From NCBI GenBank assembly GCA_951804945.1, contig OX638149.1:94364001-94428000 (forward strand): a stretch of 64,000 nucleotides of DNA, in the 5' to 3' direction. Positions 1 to 12,342 of the stretch are shown here, in pieces. The notes under the pieces are model-generated. The model did no database searches, was not told where the DNA came from, and saw nothing but the letters and a program-made list of their open reading frames with translations. Both the position numbers and the translations under genes were made by a program. The first letter of the stretch is position 1, and each line of letters starts with the position of its first letter. The stretch comes from Podarcis cretensis. Lineage: Eukaryota.

Positions 1-681
1 AATGTGGTTACACCTTTCAAGTATTTTCACATTGGGGAGCCTTCACAAGGCGGTTTAATTATCTGATGAGTTTAGCTGGAAGCTTTTCCTTGTAGTGATT
101 ATTCCATCTCAAAAATGGCTCGGCAGCAGAGGAAGCTTTTAAGAGGGGACTGAGATAATGAAGGACATATGACCAGGTGTGGGCAGTGTGGGGACTGAAC
201 TGTGAGATTACCACTCTGAGGAAGGAAGATTATACAGTTTCTAGTGGTGGAGGCCAGGAGGCTTTTGAAAATAGTGTTCCAAGACCAGGAGCAGGTGTTA
301 GCAGACTGGAATTGGGGGAAGTTGTGTGGCAAGAGTGAGCCAGGGGAGAGGAAGGCAGCAGCAGCAGTGTGCACCATACATCCTTCACATAGCTGTCCAC
401 TTAGGATTCTGGAAGAGTGATGAAGCACTTAACTCACACTCTGACCCCATCCATCCATTCAGAGCAACCATGATGCTGTGGAGTGTTTCTTTTACTTAAG
501 GGAAGTGTTCAGTTTGTGACCAGATGGTCACTTGTCATATAAATACAAGGACCTGCCTTATCTGCTCCTTTTACCTCTGCCTGCACTACTGCATGCCCAT
601 TTGCCTGTAGAAGACGCGTTGGAGTCCTGTGTTCCAGTTTCACTATGCAACCAATGACTTTCTTTACCTCTCACATTCTAG

Positions 682-762
682 GAGTCTGGATTCTCGACTT
701 TCATGCGGACGCTCAGAGAACGGGACCATGAAAAGATAGGGAAGAGGAAAGATGAGTTGTAA
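682..762 (+). CDS. PDIA5: Protein disulfide isomerase A5, last coding exon (ESGFSTFMRTLRERDHEKIGKRKDEL*)
   Basis: Pyrimidine tract and AG at 680-681, 26 codons, TAA at 760-762, C-terminal KDEL. Resembles the human PDIA5 C-terminus (ELGFTNYIRALREGDHERLGKKKEEL as recalled) and lies upstream of SEC22A as expected from synteny. Confidence 0.93.
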   Translation, partial: ESGFSTFMRTLRERDHEKIGKRKDEL

Positions 763-904
763 TTTCTGCCTCACACGATGATTTCCACTGCACTGTGAAT
801 GGTCTCAGGGCCACTGGTACAATGCCTGGGATTCCACATCTTTTTAAAAAGAGAGACTTTGGTTTTTTTTACAAACAGCCATTTGCCATTTTGTACAATT
901 TTGA

Positions 905-946
905 AATAAAGTGAGATCATTTGATTTTTAAAAGGAAAAAAATAAA
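905..946 (+). terminator. Candidate proximal poly(A) signals of PDIA5 (AATAAA 905-910 and 941-946; distal candidate 2261-2266)
   Basis: Canonical hexamers 143-180 nt after the stop, followed by TG/T-rich sequence. Which one is used cannot be determined from sequence. Confidence 0.55.
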
Positions 947-2639
947 TGACATCATTGTTGCCATATTCTGTTATGGAAAACGAAAAGAAGAGCGTTTTCT
1001 ATCCATTTGATGCACCTATGCCCACTTGATACTCCTATGCAATCTTTTTTGTAATCTGTAGGTTTGATAGTGATTTCCCCTGACAAGGTGATTTCTGCAT
1101 TTTTTTTAATTTTTGAAGAATATTATATGTGAAATGGCTTTTAAAAATTGGAGGGTGAGGATGAAAGGAAGGTGCAATGGATCCATCAGGAGCGAGTTCC
1201 ATGGAAACAGACAGAGCTTTGTGGTCCCGGTGGACTCTGCCCCAAGCCTCGTCAGGTGCAGTTGTGTGCACAGCACTTATTTCAGGAACCAGGTGTGATT
1301 AAGTGCACTTTCAGTCCTTATAGTCCACGTACTAAGCAGACATCAGCCTGCACTGCTCACTCCCGCTCTGCATGGCTAATGGGACATCTGTCAGAACAGG
1401 GTAGTGTGTGGAGTCTGAATGACAGATCTGCCACAATTATCATGCAAGCATCTTTTGTAAGTGGGGCCTTTTCCAGGAACAGTGTGTGTGCGTTTCTAGT
1501 TGTGCACAGCAGTGCCAAACTAGTAGGATGACTAGTTGTGACTGGGACATGCTCTTGCGGTCTTGCTAGGTTACACTTCCTTCCTAGAGAGATTGGGGGG
1601 GGGGGCAATTTTTAAGGTGCTCAGGGATAATAGGGAAATAATGAAGAAGCATTGATTGGCCATTTCAGATCTTAATTGACTGTAGTGGTGGTTTTTGTTT
1701 TGTTTTTGTTTTTTTAATCTGCCGTACTGTTTACATATCTTTATAGAATGTGTGGGTTATTTCAAACAAATGTCTCTGCATTCGGCACATATCAAGCACC
1801 GAATGTCTCTCAGTGTATGTGTTTGCTCTCACGTTGTCCAATGCTCCTGTAAGCATAGGAGTGGTGTAGTGCAGGTATAAATAAGGTTCTACTTAATTTA
1901 TGATCTGACCATAGGAACTGCGTATTTGCTAAGCATTCCATTTGACTGTTGACAGAGGCACTGATATTTTTGATATGAAGAAACATCATGCAACAATACT
2001 TGTTTACGTTCCAAAGGCTTGTCTATGTGAGTTAACTACAAAAGGAAAGTATAATTTTTTTAGAATTCTATAGAAGCAAGTTGTGCTTAAAAAAAAAATT
2101 GTTTAGCCCCTGTCAGTGATGTAAGAAAATAACAGCATTACTAGAACTAGCTTTTAAAAGTCCGTAATTATGTGCAGATTCTGTGAGGTGAGGGTGATCT
2201 GGACATTGTGTCTCCATGGGATTTATTATATTTTTTGTGATTTCCAATTTGATCAAAAAGAATAAAAGATTGAAAATATGCTCTAATTGCTGCCTTTATT
2301 CAACATTTCGTAGGCCAGATTGCCTGAAGCTGCTGTGCTGGTGACCAAAAACCATTTCTGCTAGCCGTTCTCGCTAGCCACACCGGAAAGGTCAAGCATC
2401 TCCAGTCTCCTCTTCCATGTTTTCAAAGTCCCTGTGGGGAAAGAACAAAAGTCTCCTTGCCACTGTCTTGCCTAATTGTTAAGGCAAGTTACAAGTAACA
2501 AAAGAGTCTTTGTAAAGCTGTTTCTCTTGACTCCTCTGCTCCATCTGGCGGAAGATGCAGGTAAATTCGGGAAATCTGTAATGAAATAAAACCCACAGCC
2601 TCTCTACCTGGGCTACTTCTTGCCAGTACACAGATCTGC

Positions 2640-2778
2640 AGAATTGTAAAGTTGGAAGGGAATACAAGGGTCATCTAGTCCAACCCCCTGCCATGCAGGA
2701 ATATTTTTGCCCAACATGGAGCTGAGCCCCACAACACTGAGATTAAGAGTCTCATGCTCTACCAACCAAGCTATCCTG
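2640..2778 (-). mobile_element. tRNA-Lys-derived SINE with CR1-type 3' tail (resembles lacertid P.s.1/SINE)
   Basis: Minus strand reads gatagcttggttggtagagcatgagactcttaatctcagtgttgtggggctcagctccatgttgggc (degenerate tRNA-Lys-CUU), then gggggttggactagatgaccc...cccttccaac (CR1 3' end). Confidence 0.8.
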
Positions 2779-3529
2779 CAGGAAATAACAAGCTGTAGAA
2801 GAGTACATAGGTGCATGGGAAGTGATTAGAGCCCATTGGTTAACTGAAATCTGGTGTTCTTCCTTACAACCTTGTAGAAACTTCTCAAGTGCAAGCAGAG
2901 GCACTATATGTCACCTGAAGAGGTTCTGTGAGATGGGTTCTGCTTGAGGATCACCTATAGAAAGATCAGGGTTTTAAAGGAATGTTCCTTCCTTCATAAT
3001 AGTCTCAGCTCCATCAAAGGAGATAAAAATTCCCTTACTTCACTCCATCAATCTGGGGTGTCCATTAGCAATGAAAGTTGGATCTAGCAACTCTAACAAA
3101 CTTGCTGGAATACTTATAGGATCCATGCATAGAAAAGGGGCAGTAGTGGTACAGTATGACCCACATACACTGTCACTTTTGAATATAGTATGCGTAAAAC
3201 GGCATGTATGAAGCCGAGAGTGTCACTGGAGTATTCTCAGTGGAGAAACAATCTCTACTCACTGTCTGCTTGATCTTGCTTCTTTTCACTCTTGTTCGGG
3301 CTCCACGTTTTCTCTGGTGTGGATTCTCACTTTTTAACAAGCTACCAGTGGCCTGGTTTTCCTCTTATGTGTTCCTTTGAATGCTAGCGAGCAGGGTGGT
3401 CTGCATTAATGACCTGCTGTAAAGCCCAGTTGTCATTCAGGTGATCTACAGCTGGGAGGGGAAGTGTGTGTGTGGGGGGGGGGTCATCCTTCCCACCTGG
3501 ACATTTAGCAAAGTTATGTGTTTAAGTGA

Positions 3530-3740
3530 CATCAAGAACATCAGAGCCCTGCTGGATCAGGGCCCAAGCCCATGAGCCCAGCGTCCTGTTCTTACAGTAG
3601 CCAACCAGATGCCTACAGTAAGCCTGCAAGCAAGACCTGAGAGCAACAGCATCATCCCCATGTGTGATTCCCAGCAAATAGTATTTGGAAGCATCCTACC
3701 GCCCAACAGTGGAGCTGCAACATTCCCATCATGGTTCCTT
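3530..3740 (-). mobile_element. CR1 LINE 3' fragment
   Basis: agaacatcagagccctgctggatcagg...ccagcgtcctgttcttacagtagccaaccagatgcc; related copies at 49727-49797 and 60979-61213. Confidence 0.6.
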
Positions 3741-3792
3741 GAATATATTCAATTAAACTCAATGGGAATAATGCTTAATTTTAGTTTGATTG

Positions 3793-3793
<1 letters not shown>

Positions 3794-3827
<34 letters not shown>
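3794..3827. repeat. (TG)n microsatellite
   Basis: About 17 uninterrupted TG units. Confidence 0.97.
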
Positions 3828-3828
<1 letters not shown>

Positions 3829-5432
3829 TGCTTTGCCAGACTTATTAAATCATATGTGATTTTCTCCTGGCCTTCGCTCTGTTAGTGAAACACTAACTCT
3901 CAAAACAGTGTGCTTTTGTGCTGCCGAGGGAGACTGTGGGAGGAGACCTCACAGGAGTTCCCACTCCGCTTTTCATTCTCAATGCACTTCCTGCTTTTTC
4001 TCTGGCCCAATTATTGCTTCTATGTATTTGGCACTCATTAATCTGCTGGAGCCCCTGCTATGTAATCAGTGAATGATGATAGGGTGATTTGCCTTGTGTG
4101 GTAGTAAGCTTGTTAACCATAACATAAATCTAAGCAATGGTTCCATGCCAAACAGTTTCTTTTATTAGACTCCGCATGAACTTTCCTATTAGCCAGACAA
4201 TTAGCTGTCTGGAAAATGAATGGTGTTTCTCCCCCCACCTTTCTTTTCTCTATAGAACCTGTCCTTACCACTTAGTACTATCTTCATTTTTCCTTTCTGT
4301 TGTTCTTAGGCTGATGTAGTTGTGAGTAGAGATGGACAGATCATTATTTCCAGTCTGGGACAGTTTCACACGTGTTCATTCCTATGTCCGTAAGTCCATT
4401 CAGACATGTTTCCACACAATATTTCCATTTTTAAACCGCATGAAAAATCTGCATTTTATGTAAAGTATGTATCCAAAAATAACTCCTTTAACCTAAAATG
4501 CACATTTTAAAATGTATTTTTGTACTTTTCCCAACTGAGAACTGCAATGCAAAAATCAGGGAAAGCTGAAGCATAAATCTGTTCTGATCCATATATTAGT
4601 TTGGGAAGTGCTGTTAGGATTGTTTGATTTAAAATGGGGACTGAACAAAATGCTCAATGGTCCCTACTTGTGGTATTTAAGTTTCAAGGGAGTTCCACTT
4701 CTGTGGTATAGCAGCAGCAAATCCTTCTCTTTGTGGCTTGATGATATTGGCACGTAGGAGCCATAAAGTAGGACTGACAGCTGGCCAACATTTCATTGGC
4801 TGAGTGAGCATTTAATCCTCCTTGCCAGTTGCCAGAATGGAAGGCAGAAAATAACTATGGTTGAATCAAGATGTGTTCACCTACAAATGGAATGGTTCCT
4901 TCCATTTGCACAAATGACTGAGATACAGTGGAGGCCTCCACCACAAGTGGGATAGAGGTAACTTCCCCCAGTATTATCTGTTTTTTATTTGTTGGTTTCT
5001 TTATTAAATTTCTATTCTGCACTCCCAAAACAGTCCCCATGTCACCTCCCACATGGAGGGTCCCCCAGTCACCCACAGCAGCTTTCCTGGGGGTTTACAA
5101 ACAGGAGGAATTTGCATAATTCACCTTCCTCCCCTTCAGCATGTGGGCATGAGCACAACTCTGTTCATGGTTGGTCTGGATCAAACTGAATAAGCCCAGT
5201 GGTTTCATTGTAGTCCCTTCCTTGAAACAAATATGACACTTTTGTAGGAAATATTCTGCATATACATGAAGACATACTCCTTAAAATAAATTTCTTTGGG
5301 CAGTTTGGGGGGGAAGCTTCCTACAAATCTGACAGAAGACAAAAGGCACATAGTCCTTTAAAGAAGAAAAAAAAGTTCCCTTTAGGAAAAACTTGGGCAT
5401 GTGTTGAGAGGCAGTCAGATGGAAGTACCAGG

Positions 5433-5484
5433 AGATAGATAGATTATAGGTAGGTAGGTAGGTAGTTAGGTAGGTAGGTAGGTA
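5433..5484. repeat. (GATA)/(GGTA)n tetranucleotide microsatellite
   Basis: gatagatagattataggtaggtaggtaggtagttaggtaggtaggtaggta. Confidence 0.9.
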
Positions 5485-5532
5485 TTTAAGGAGCAAGCAC
5501 TGGAAATTGTTTTATATGAAAGGATACAAATA

Positions 5533-5777
5533 CAGTGGTACCTCAGGTTAAGTACTTAATACGTTCCCGAGGTCCGTTCTTAACCTGAAACTGTTCTTAA
5601 CCTGAAGCACCACTTTAGCTAATGGGGCCTCCTGCTGCTGCTGCCGTGCCGCCAGAGCCCGATTCCTGTTCTCATTCTGAAGCAAAGTTCTTAACCTGAG
5701 GTACTATTACTGGGTTAGTGGAGTCTGTAACCTGAAGCATCTGTAACCTGAAGCGTATGTAACCCGAGGTACCACTG
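5533..5777 (+). mobile_element. Tc1/mariner (Tigger-like) MITE, copy a
   Basis: TIR CAGTGGTACCTC...GAGGTACCACTG flanked by TA on both sides; internal TAACCTGAAGC repeats; four copies in the window. Confidence 0.9.
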
Positions 5778-8143
5778 TACTAATTTGCATTTAATTTCTT
5801 TTTAAAGTTACTTCCCAAGTTTTTAATAAAGAGTAGAGCAGATTAAACTTTGTAAGCCAAACTCTCTTCACTTAGGTTCCCCCCCCCCCCGCCTCCACCA
5901 CCCCAAACTTGGTGGATTTCACATCGGATTTTGGCCTAGCCTTTCCTAATTAAACAGCTAAGGAGTTCAAGTTGATGCACAGTGGTTTGTAGTGCCTAAA
6001 GCTTTTGCAGGCCATTAGAGTTTAATTGTTCATCTCGTTTAAAATCATCTCACTCAAAAGACATCTTGGCTGAGAATGAAATGGGTCATGAAACTATAAA
6101 TAGGAGGTAAATTATATTTGCACGTTAACTGAAACAGGGGAAGGAAGGGAGATCTTCCAAGGCCAATAGACTCCATTACAATATCCCAATGGGAAAATTG
6201 GATTCCACAATTTTCATGTCATTGTGGAGTAACCAGTTGAAAAGAACTACTTATCTAAAGCACAGCGAGCAATTGTCCTAGACATGCACTAAAGCCTGTG
6301 ATTCGGAGCAATCCCAAGAGATGAAGTCACCATTGGCAAGTTCCAACTTTTTTTTTTTTTTTAATAAATGTCTGCAGTTCTCAGCAATTAATACAAATAT
6401 AGACACAGCCAATGGCACTAGAATCCACAGACGATGTCTGTTTATTGTAGACGAAAAGAGGGGTTGGTGGAGGTGGGAAAAAGCTACAATTGACGCTTCA
6501 GTTTAGGACTAATTGTACTTTTGTTCTTCCTGTGCTGATCAAAGCCAAAGTCCTTCCTATTTCAAATGTAAACACTGTTGGTGAGCTGATTTCTTAAAAG
6601 CAGAGATCAGGGCAACTATTATATTTCACAGGCTAGTTTAAAACAAAAGACCTGGCCTGGATACCGGGGCTGTTTGTTTAAGAGAATAAAATGTGCACTT
6701 TGAAAGGACAATGAGTTCACTGTACATACATCTAAGCTTTGACATAATTGTCACACTTTGATTTTTTCCCCCATTTAATTTCCCTCTGACCTTTCTTTCT
6801 TTGCACCTATATGCCTGCCAACTGAGAAAAACGCTCCATACAACTGACGATGGGTACTTCAATACAGGAAAGCTTCTGCTGTAACAAATGTATTAGTCTT
6901 TTGAGGTAGCGTAAAAATCCTTGTTCTTTTCATGATGGCCTGCCCAATTTGAGGCAGAGTGTCTGCTCTGCATCTGATTTTCCCCACTAGCCACCCCTAA
7001 GCATCTGGTGAACTTGTCAGAATAGACTCTGGTCTAGAAAAGCAGGCTGGCTTTCTTAATTCATTCCCACAACCAACAACCCCTTACCTGCTTCTCTGCT
7101 CAGAAAATAGGGGGTAGTAGTGAGTGGGAATGGAGTAGTAAAGGATTTAGTTAGAAGTGGTGCATAAGCATAGGAAAAGGACCGACCTTACCCACCACTT
7201 CATGATTGATGGGCCCTTAGCTAGTATATGGTATACATAGATGTATGCACATGTACATCCATGCATTAATTTATATAGATAACATCTTAATCGTTTTGCA
7301 CAACTGTAAAGACAGCATAGCTTTCTCTTCTCAGTATGATATGCAAGGTATTCTGCCAAACCGTGGCTGATTTTACAGGTTTGGACCTTAGTAGCATTTC
7401 CAAATAAAAAATTTCATGAAATATATATTTCACTATCTATATGTAGGTTACTGGCATTCATCTTAATATTCCTTAGAACCAGATCAATGGAAGAGAAAGA
7501 AGCCATTATGTGTGCACGTATTTATTAAAATGACATAAGAAACTTGCCAATATGAGTTTTTACATTTCAGTAGCACATAGAGTAATAATTGTGTGTCGCC
7601 TTTTAATAATGCAAGGGACAGATACATGTAAGGAACTAGAAAATATCTATACCAACCTCCGAGACATTATGTAAATGTTTCTGAAACATTTTTAAGTCGT
7701 GCAAGCCTTTTAACTCTCTCTTAGAAGTTGGGTTTTAAAAGCGCAGGGATTTTGTAGATGCCCAGGACAACCTACCTTGGGGCAGGTTTTCTGTAATCAA
7801 ACATCCCAATAGATTAGCTCATACCAAAAAAGGTTGTTTCTGCTATATAGGCCACAACAAGCCCTACAATCATGAGGGTGCAGCAGCTGATTTTAGGTGT
7901 CATGAAAGGACAGCCAATTGTTATTTACTTTAATATTATTATTTTACTACCCAGAAGGGGGAGGAGCTTGTGGGTTTTGCTGCCACCTTACATAACTGTA
8001 TTTTCCCACAACACAAACATGGGTGAACATGAAATGTTCAAAGATTTGTTCTGGGATAAATAATATCCAAGCTATGATAAAATTGGCTGCTACAGTATAA
8101 TGCTGGCTCTTCTTCCACCAGGTAGTGGCATACATAGGCATTA

Positions 8144-8369
8144 CAGTGGTACCTCAGGTTACATACGCTTCAGGTTACAGACTCCGCTAAACCAGAAATA
8201 GTGCTTCAGGTTAAGAACTTTGCTTCAGGATAAGAACAGAAATCATGCTCCAGCGGTGCAGCGGCAGCAGTAGGCCCCATTAGCTAAAGTGGTGCTTCAG
8301 GTTAAGAACAGTTTCAGGTTAAGAACAGACCTCTGGAACGAATTAAGTACTTAACCCGAGGTACCACTG
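8144..8369 (-). mobile_element. Tc1/mariner-like MITE, copy b (inverted relative to copy a)
   Basis: Same TIRs and TA duplication; the interior is the reverse complement of copies a and c. Confidence 0.9.
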
Positions 8370-9479
8370 TATTTCACAGGGGTAGAGTTACATAACCCAT
8401 GTATCCATACTTTTTTCAGCATAGACTACCAAGAACCATATCAGGTAAATTAGACTGATGAAGATTGACTGATCCAGCATCATATGATGAGCTTCTTGCC
8501 TGGACAAATATTTTAATGTTACTCTCTGGGGTCAAGGTCCAGCATTCTGGCCACTAGATCACATTGATCACATGAGGGTAAACCACTAAATAAACAACGT
8601 TCCATAATGTGCTTACTGAATTTACATGGGATAAAATTATCCCTGATCATTTGAGCTGGAATAATTTAATCACATATAAAAGATTTCTCAATGGCAGTTG
8701 CTGCTCATTCATGACTGCCCACTGCAAAGGGCTGAGCTACATGGTATCACGCCAAGGGTGTGTTTTGAGATCTGCGTCTGCTGAGGTAATTTGGAAATTG
8801 GAAGGAAAACCCTTCTCCATGCCCACTTATTCTCCGCTGAAAATATTTGCTCCACAAACAAGGTAAATTCACAATTTGAATTATTAATTCAGAGCTAGGG
8901 TGTGGAGGGGAAAGCTTTAAAAACAACTGTGGGAAAGTATTTGCATGGGAGAATTGGTAGGCAGGAGATGGACTATGTGTTTCTCCTCTACAAGTGTTCT
9001 CTGCATTTGTGTTATGAGCAAAACATAAGGCAGGGAACTAACTACATGTTTCTCTTGAAAATTCTACCTCCGTCAGTGAATATTGAAATTTTGGGTGTTC
9101 TAATTTTGTGATGCACTAAGAGGCCCAAAATACTAGAACCTACAGATCAGCTCTATCATTAGAGGGATTCAGCCTGTCTATCAGAAACTGTTCAGAGATG
9201 TCACAGATAGAAATAAATTACCCTCTGTTGCTTGGGATTATAGACCTCTGTTTGCAAATAAACCAGACTATCATTACACTTTCTCTTGCTTTTCTTCAAT
9301 TTAACTGTGTACATATTTGGTATGTGGGATGTGGTGCCTTTATACATTTGCTGCTAAATGATCTGTAATAGCTAATCAGATCATCATGCAGAATTGCACA
9401 TGTTAATGAAGTTGGGGCTCTCACTCGAATGCCTATTACAGTAAAGCTTAATTTACCCACACAATTCTAGTTCAATGTC

Positions 9480-9785
9480 ATATTTATTGGATATACCTCA
9501 CAATGTTCTGTGTGCCCTCTCTGCTTCTTCTCTTTATGTGCACACTTATAATGGAACTCAAGAACATATTTCTACTTTGCTCTCTCTCATCCATCAAATC
9601 CCTCCTCAAAACCCACTTCAGCACACTTTAAATATGTGTAACACAACTCACTCACCTTCTATTCCCCCTGCCTCTGCATTTTTCTCACTGCCTGAATTGT
9701 AAGCTCCTTGTGAGCAGGGACCTTTCGCTAGTGCCAGTACTGTGTACAGTACTGTGCACTCTGATGATGTTATATAAATAATAAC
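9480..9785 (+). mobile_element. Ancient L2 LINE 3' end
   Basis: aaatccctcctcaaaacccacttc (K-S-L-L-K-T-H motif of the L2 ORF end) followed by tgtaagctccttgtgagcagggac...ataaataataa, the typical L2 3' terminus. Confidence 0.6.
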
Positions 9786-10077
9786 CATACCTGGCTGTAG
9801 GTAGAAATTTCACACCAAGAAATGGCTTGCAGCTACAACTCCTGTGCCTTATTTGCCCAGTTCATAGAGTCACACTTGATTGGCTGAAACACCATATAGT
9901 AGCAGCCAAGGGCTGTGGAAGATTTCCTGCCAATAAGGGGCACCTTCTCTGTTTTCTAGTCCACATGTGATAACCCCCATTGCTGCAAGCATACCTATGA
10001 CTGACTATATGCCCTCTCAATCCCTGCCCATTGTGACTCATCAAATCTAGCTAGCAGAGCCTAGATGCTTTGGTGTA

Positions 10078-10311
10078 AAGGTAAAGGGACCGCTGACCAT
10101 TAAGTCCAGTCGTGACCAACTCTGGAGTTGCAATGCTCATCTCGCTTTATTGGCTGAGGGAGCCGGCGTATAGCTTCCGGGTCATGTGGAGAGCATGACT
10201 AAGCTGCTTCTGGCGAATCAGAGCAGCACACGGAAATGCCGTTTACCTTCCTGCTGGAGTGGTACCTATTTATCTACTTGCACTTTGACGTGCTTTTGAA
10301 CTGCTAGGTTG
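10078..10311 (-). mobile_element. Sauria SINE, 5'-truncated, with target-site duplication
   Basis: Reverse (ACCTTT)n tail and Sauria body; TSD GCTTTGGTGTA at 10067-10077 and 10312-10322. Confidence 0.92.
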
Positions 10312-12342
10312 GCTTTGGTGTAGTGGGTGGTCAATGCATCTTTGTGCCAGTGATGTACTCCCCCCTCGTCTTTTAAAGAGCCACTGGCATAGTGCTAGTT
10401 TGTGACAACTACTGACCACTTACAAATACCCCATTTTGCTGGGCGTTGAGCAAGAGGGTGATGACATGGCAATTGCATTCTTGGAAGATGCCAACTTTTA
10501 TTTGGGGAAAGATTTTGCAGGCAAGCTTGGTAAAAGTAAAGCAGAGAGGAGCACAGCTGAACAACTGTAAAAAGGGGGAGGACACAAAAAGGGCAAGGGT
10601 CTGCAAAACATTATTTTGTCTCAAACGGAGCAGCTTGCCTGTGCCTTTTTATGACAGGGTGTGCAAGATAAGCAGGATACACTGTTTGCACAAAACCTTG
10701 AATTCCGCTTTGTTGGCAGAGTTAAAGGTAGTCAAGGACCCTTATAGCAAAGTGTCTGTGTACGTCTACTCAGTTTTCATTTTTCTCCTAGGTTTGTTTA
10801 TTTTGCTTGCCTCTTTCTGATGGAAAAATAAATAAATATGAATTATATTTCTGAGTTATTAATTATATGCAGCCTTTAGAAGACAAGCCATCACCCACCA
10901 ACTCAGACTTTTTTCCCTTTTCTTTCGGAAACAGCACAGGCTTCAGACTAGTTATCTGCTATACAGAAGAAAAGGGTAAAGATATCAGTAAACTGCTAAA
11001 ACTGCAAAATGCACCTATTAGAATGCTTGGGCAATGCAGTTTTTGCTTGACTCATCCAACACTAAATTCATGGAAGAACTTATCTTTTTACCTTACTGTT
11101 TTTCACAAGGGTGAATCTGGAACATTGACTCTACATTTTTAATATATATACTTTGATGTTGTGCATTTATTTTGTTTGCTTTTTTATGGAAGAAAAATAA
11201 AAATGAGAGAATGAGTTATTTTATATGTCAAAAACTTACCGGTATATAAAAAATTATAATATGAGAGGAGTAGCGTGGGTATGGGCATATATGGTGGCAA
11301 ATGGGAAAGCGCTTGAGTTTGTGGAGAGGTTATAAGATATGCAAGGAGATCAAAGTCCAATATCCTGGTCACCAGACACCTTAGCAAGTTCTGATGAATT
11401 TGCATGAGGGTTAGAAACCCTTTTAAAAAACACAGTTGAGCAATTTTCTTCTATCCTTGGATTCCTAAGTTATTTCCCCCTTCCTGCTTGTGCATTGCTT
11501 GCTGCAGGTATTATTTTTACTGGCCTTAGGGATATGAAGCTGTTTGACTATAAATTGTTTATGGGGCAATCTTATTTACAATGAATGCTTTTCTCATTTA
11601 CTTTAATTGTTTAAATGAAATCTAATTAAGTTTGGTGGGGAAGAATGATACATGAAACAATCAGGTTGGAATGAGTTTTTCTCTCTCCAAAAATATCTGA
11701 ATGTAAACAAAATCTGACAATGTGTTCCATTACAGTAGCAGGAAATCTAAAGGGACTGTATGAGCTAGGAGTGTATTAATGTGGTTTTCGGATTCAATTT
11801 CATTCCCAGAGAAGGAAGAAAGCAAGTGGTGGGTGGAAAGACCTGAAGAGAGACCTCTGTGATTGGATCGGCCCCGTTACTTGATCACCAAAAGAAAACA
11901 GACCTGCTTTATTTGTGTAACAGCCAAAGTGGCTGTGACCCTGAAAATGAAACGATACTAATAATATATCACCCTAACGGAAGCTTGTTGCTTTGCAAGC
12001 TAAGAGAGATGCACTGTGAGGAAAGACTGCCTTTGCCATGCACAAGGATGCAGAGCCTCACCACGGTAAGAGTCTTTCCATAAAATGCAGCTACTGCTTC
12101 TACAAGCAGAGATGGGTTTCCTCTCTGAATTGTGTGGTACAGTTAGGGCAGGAATATAGGGCTTAGGGCCACCACCCAGTGGGATGATCAGAGGGTGGGC
12201 GTAGTGCAATTTGAATATAATACATGCTGGTTTGTTTATTTATTTACACACGACTGTATATCCCATGTAGCTATAATCCCATTGCCACCTGAAGAGCCCA
12301 CCCGCTTCCCTGTGAGACTACTAAATCCAGAGGGTAAAATTA

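Noticed and set aside
30-430. 109-aa minus-strand ORF in the last PDIA5 intron
   Set aside because: No ATG start or domain; possibly a decayed L2 fragment, but too degenerate to call.
2709-2778. tRNA-Lys gene
   Set aside because: Arms and B-box are degenerate and the sequence runs into a CR1 tail, so it is a SINE head.
5533-5777. CRISPR-like repeated TAACCTGAAGC units
   Set aside because: Irregular internal repeats of a TA-flanked MITE in a vertebrate genome; no repeat-spacer periodicity and no cas genes.
10446-10820. 124-aa intergenic ORF
   Set aside because: TTG start, no splice context and no recognisable homology.
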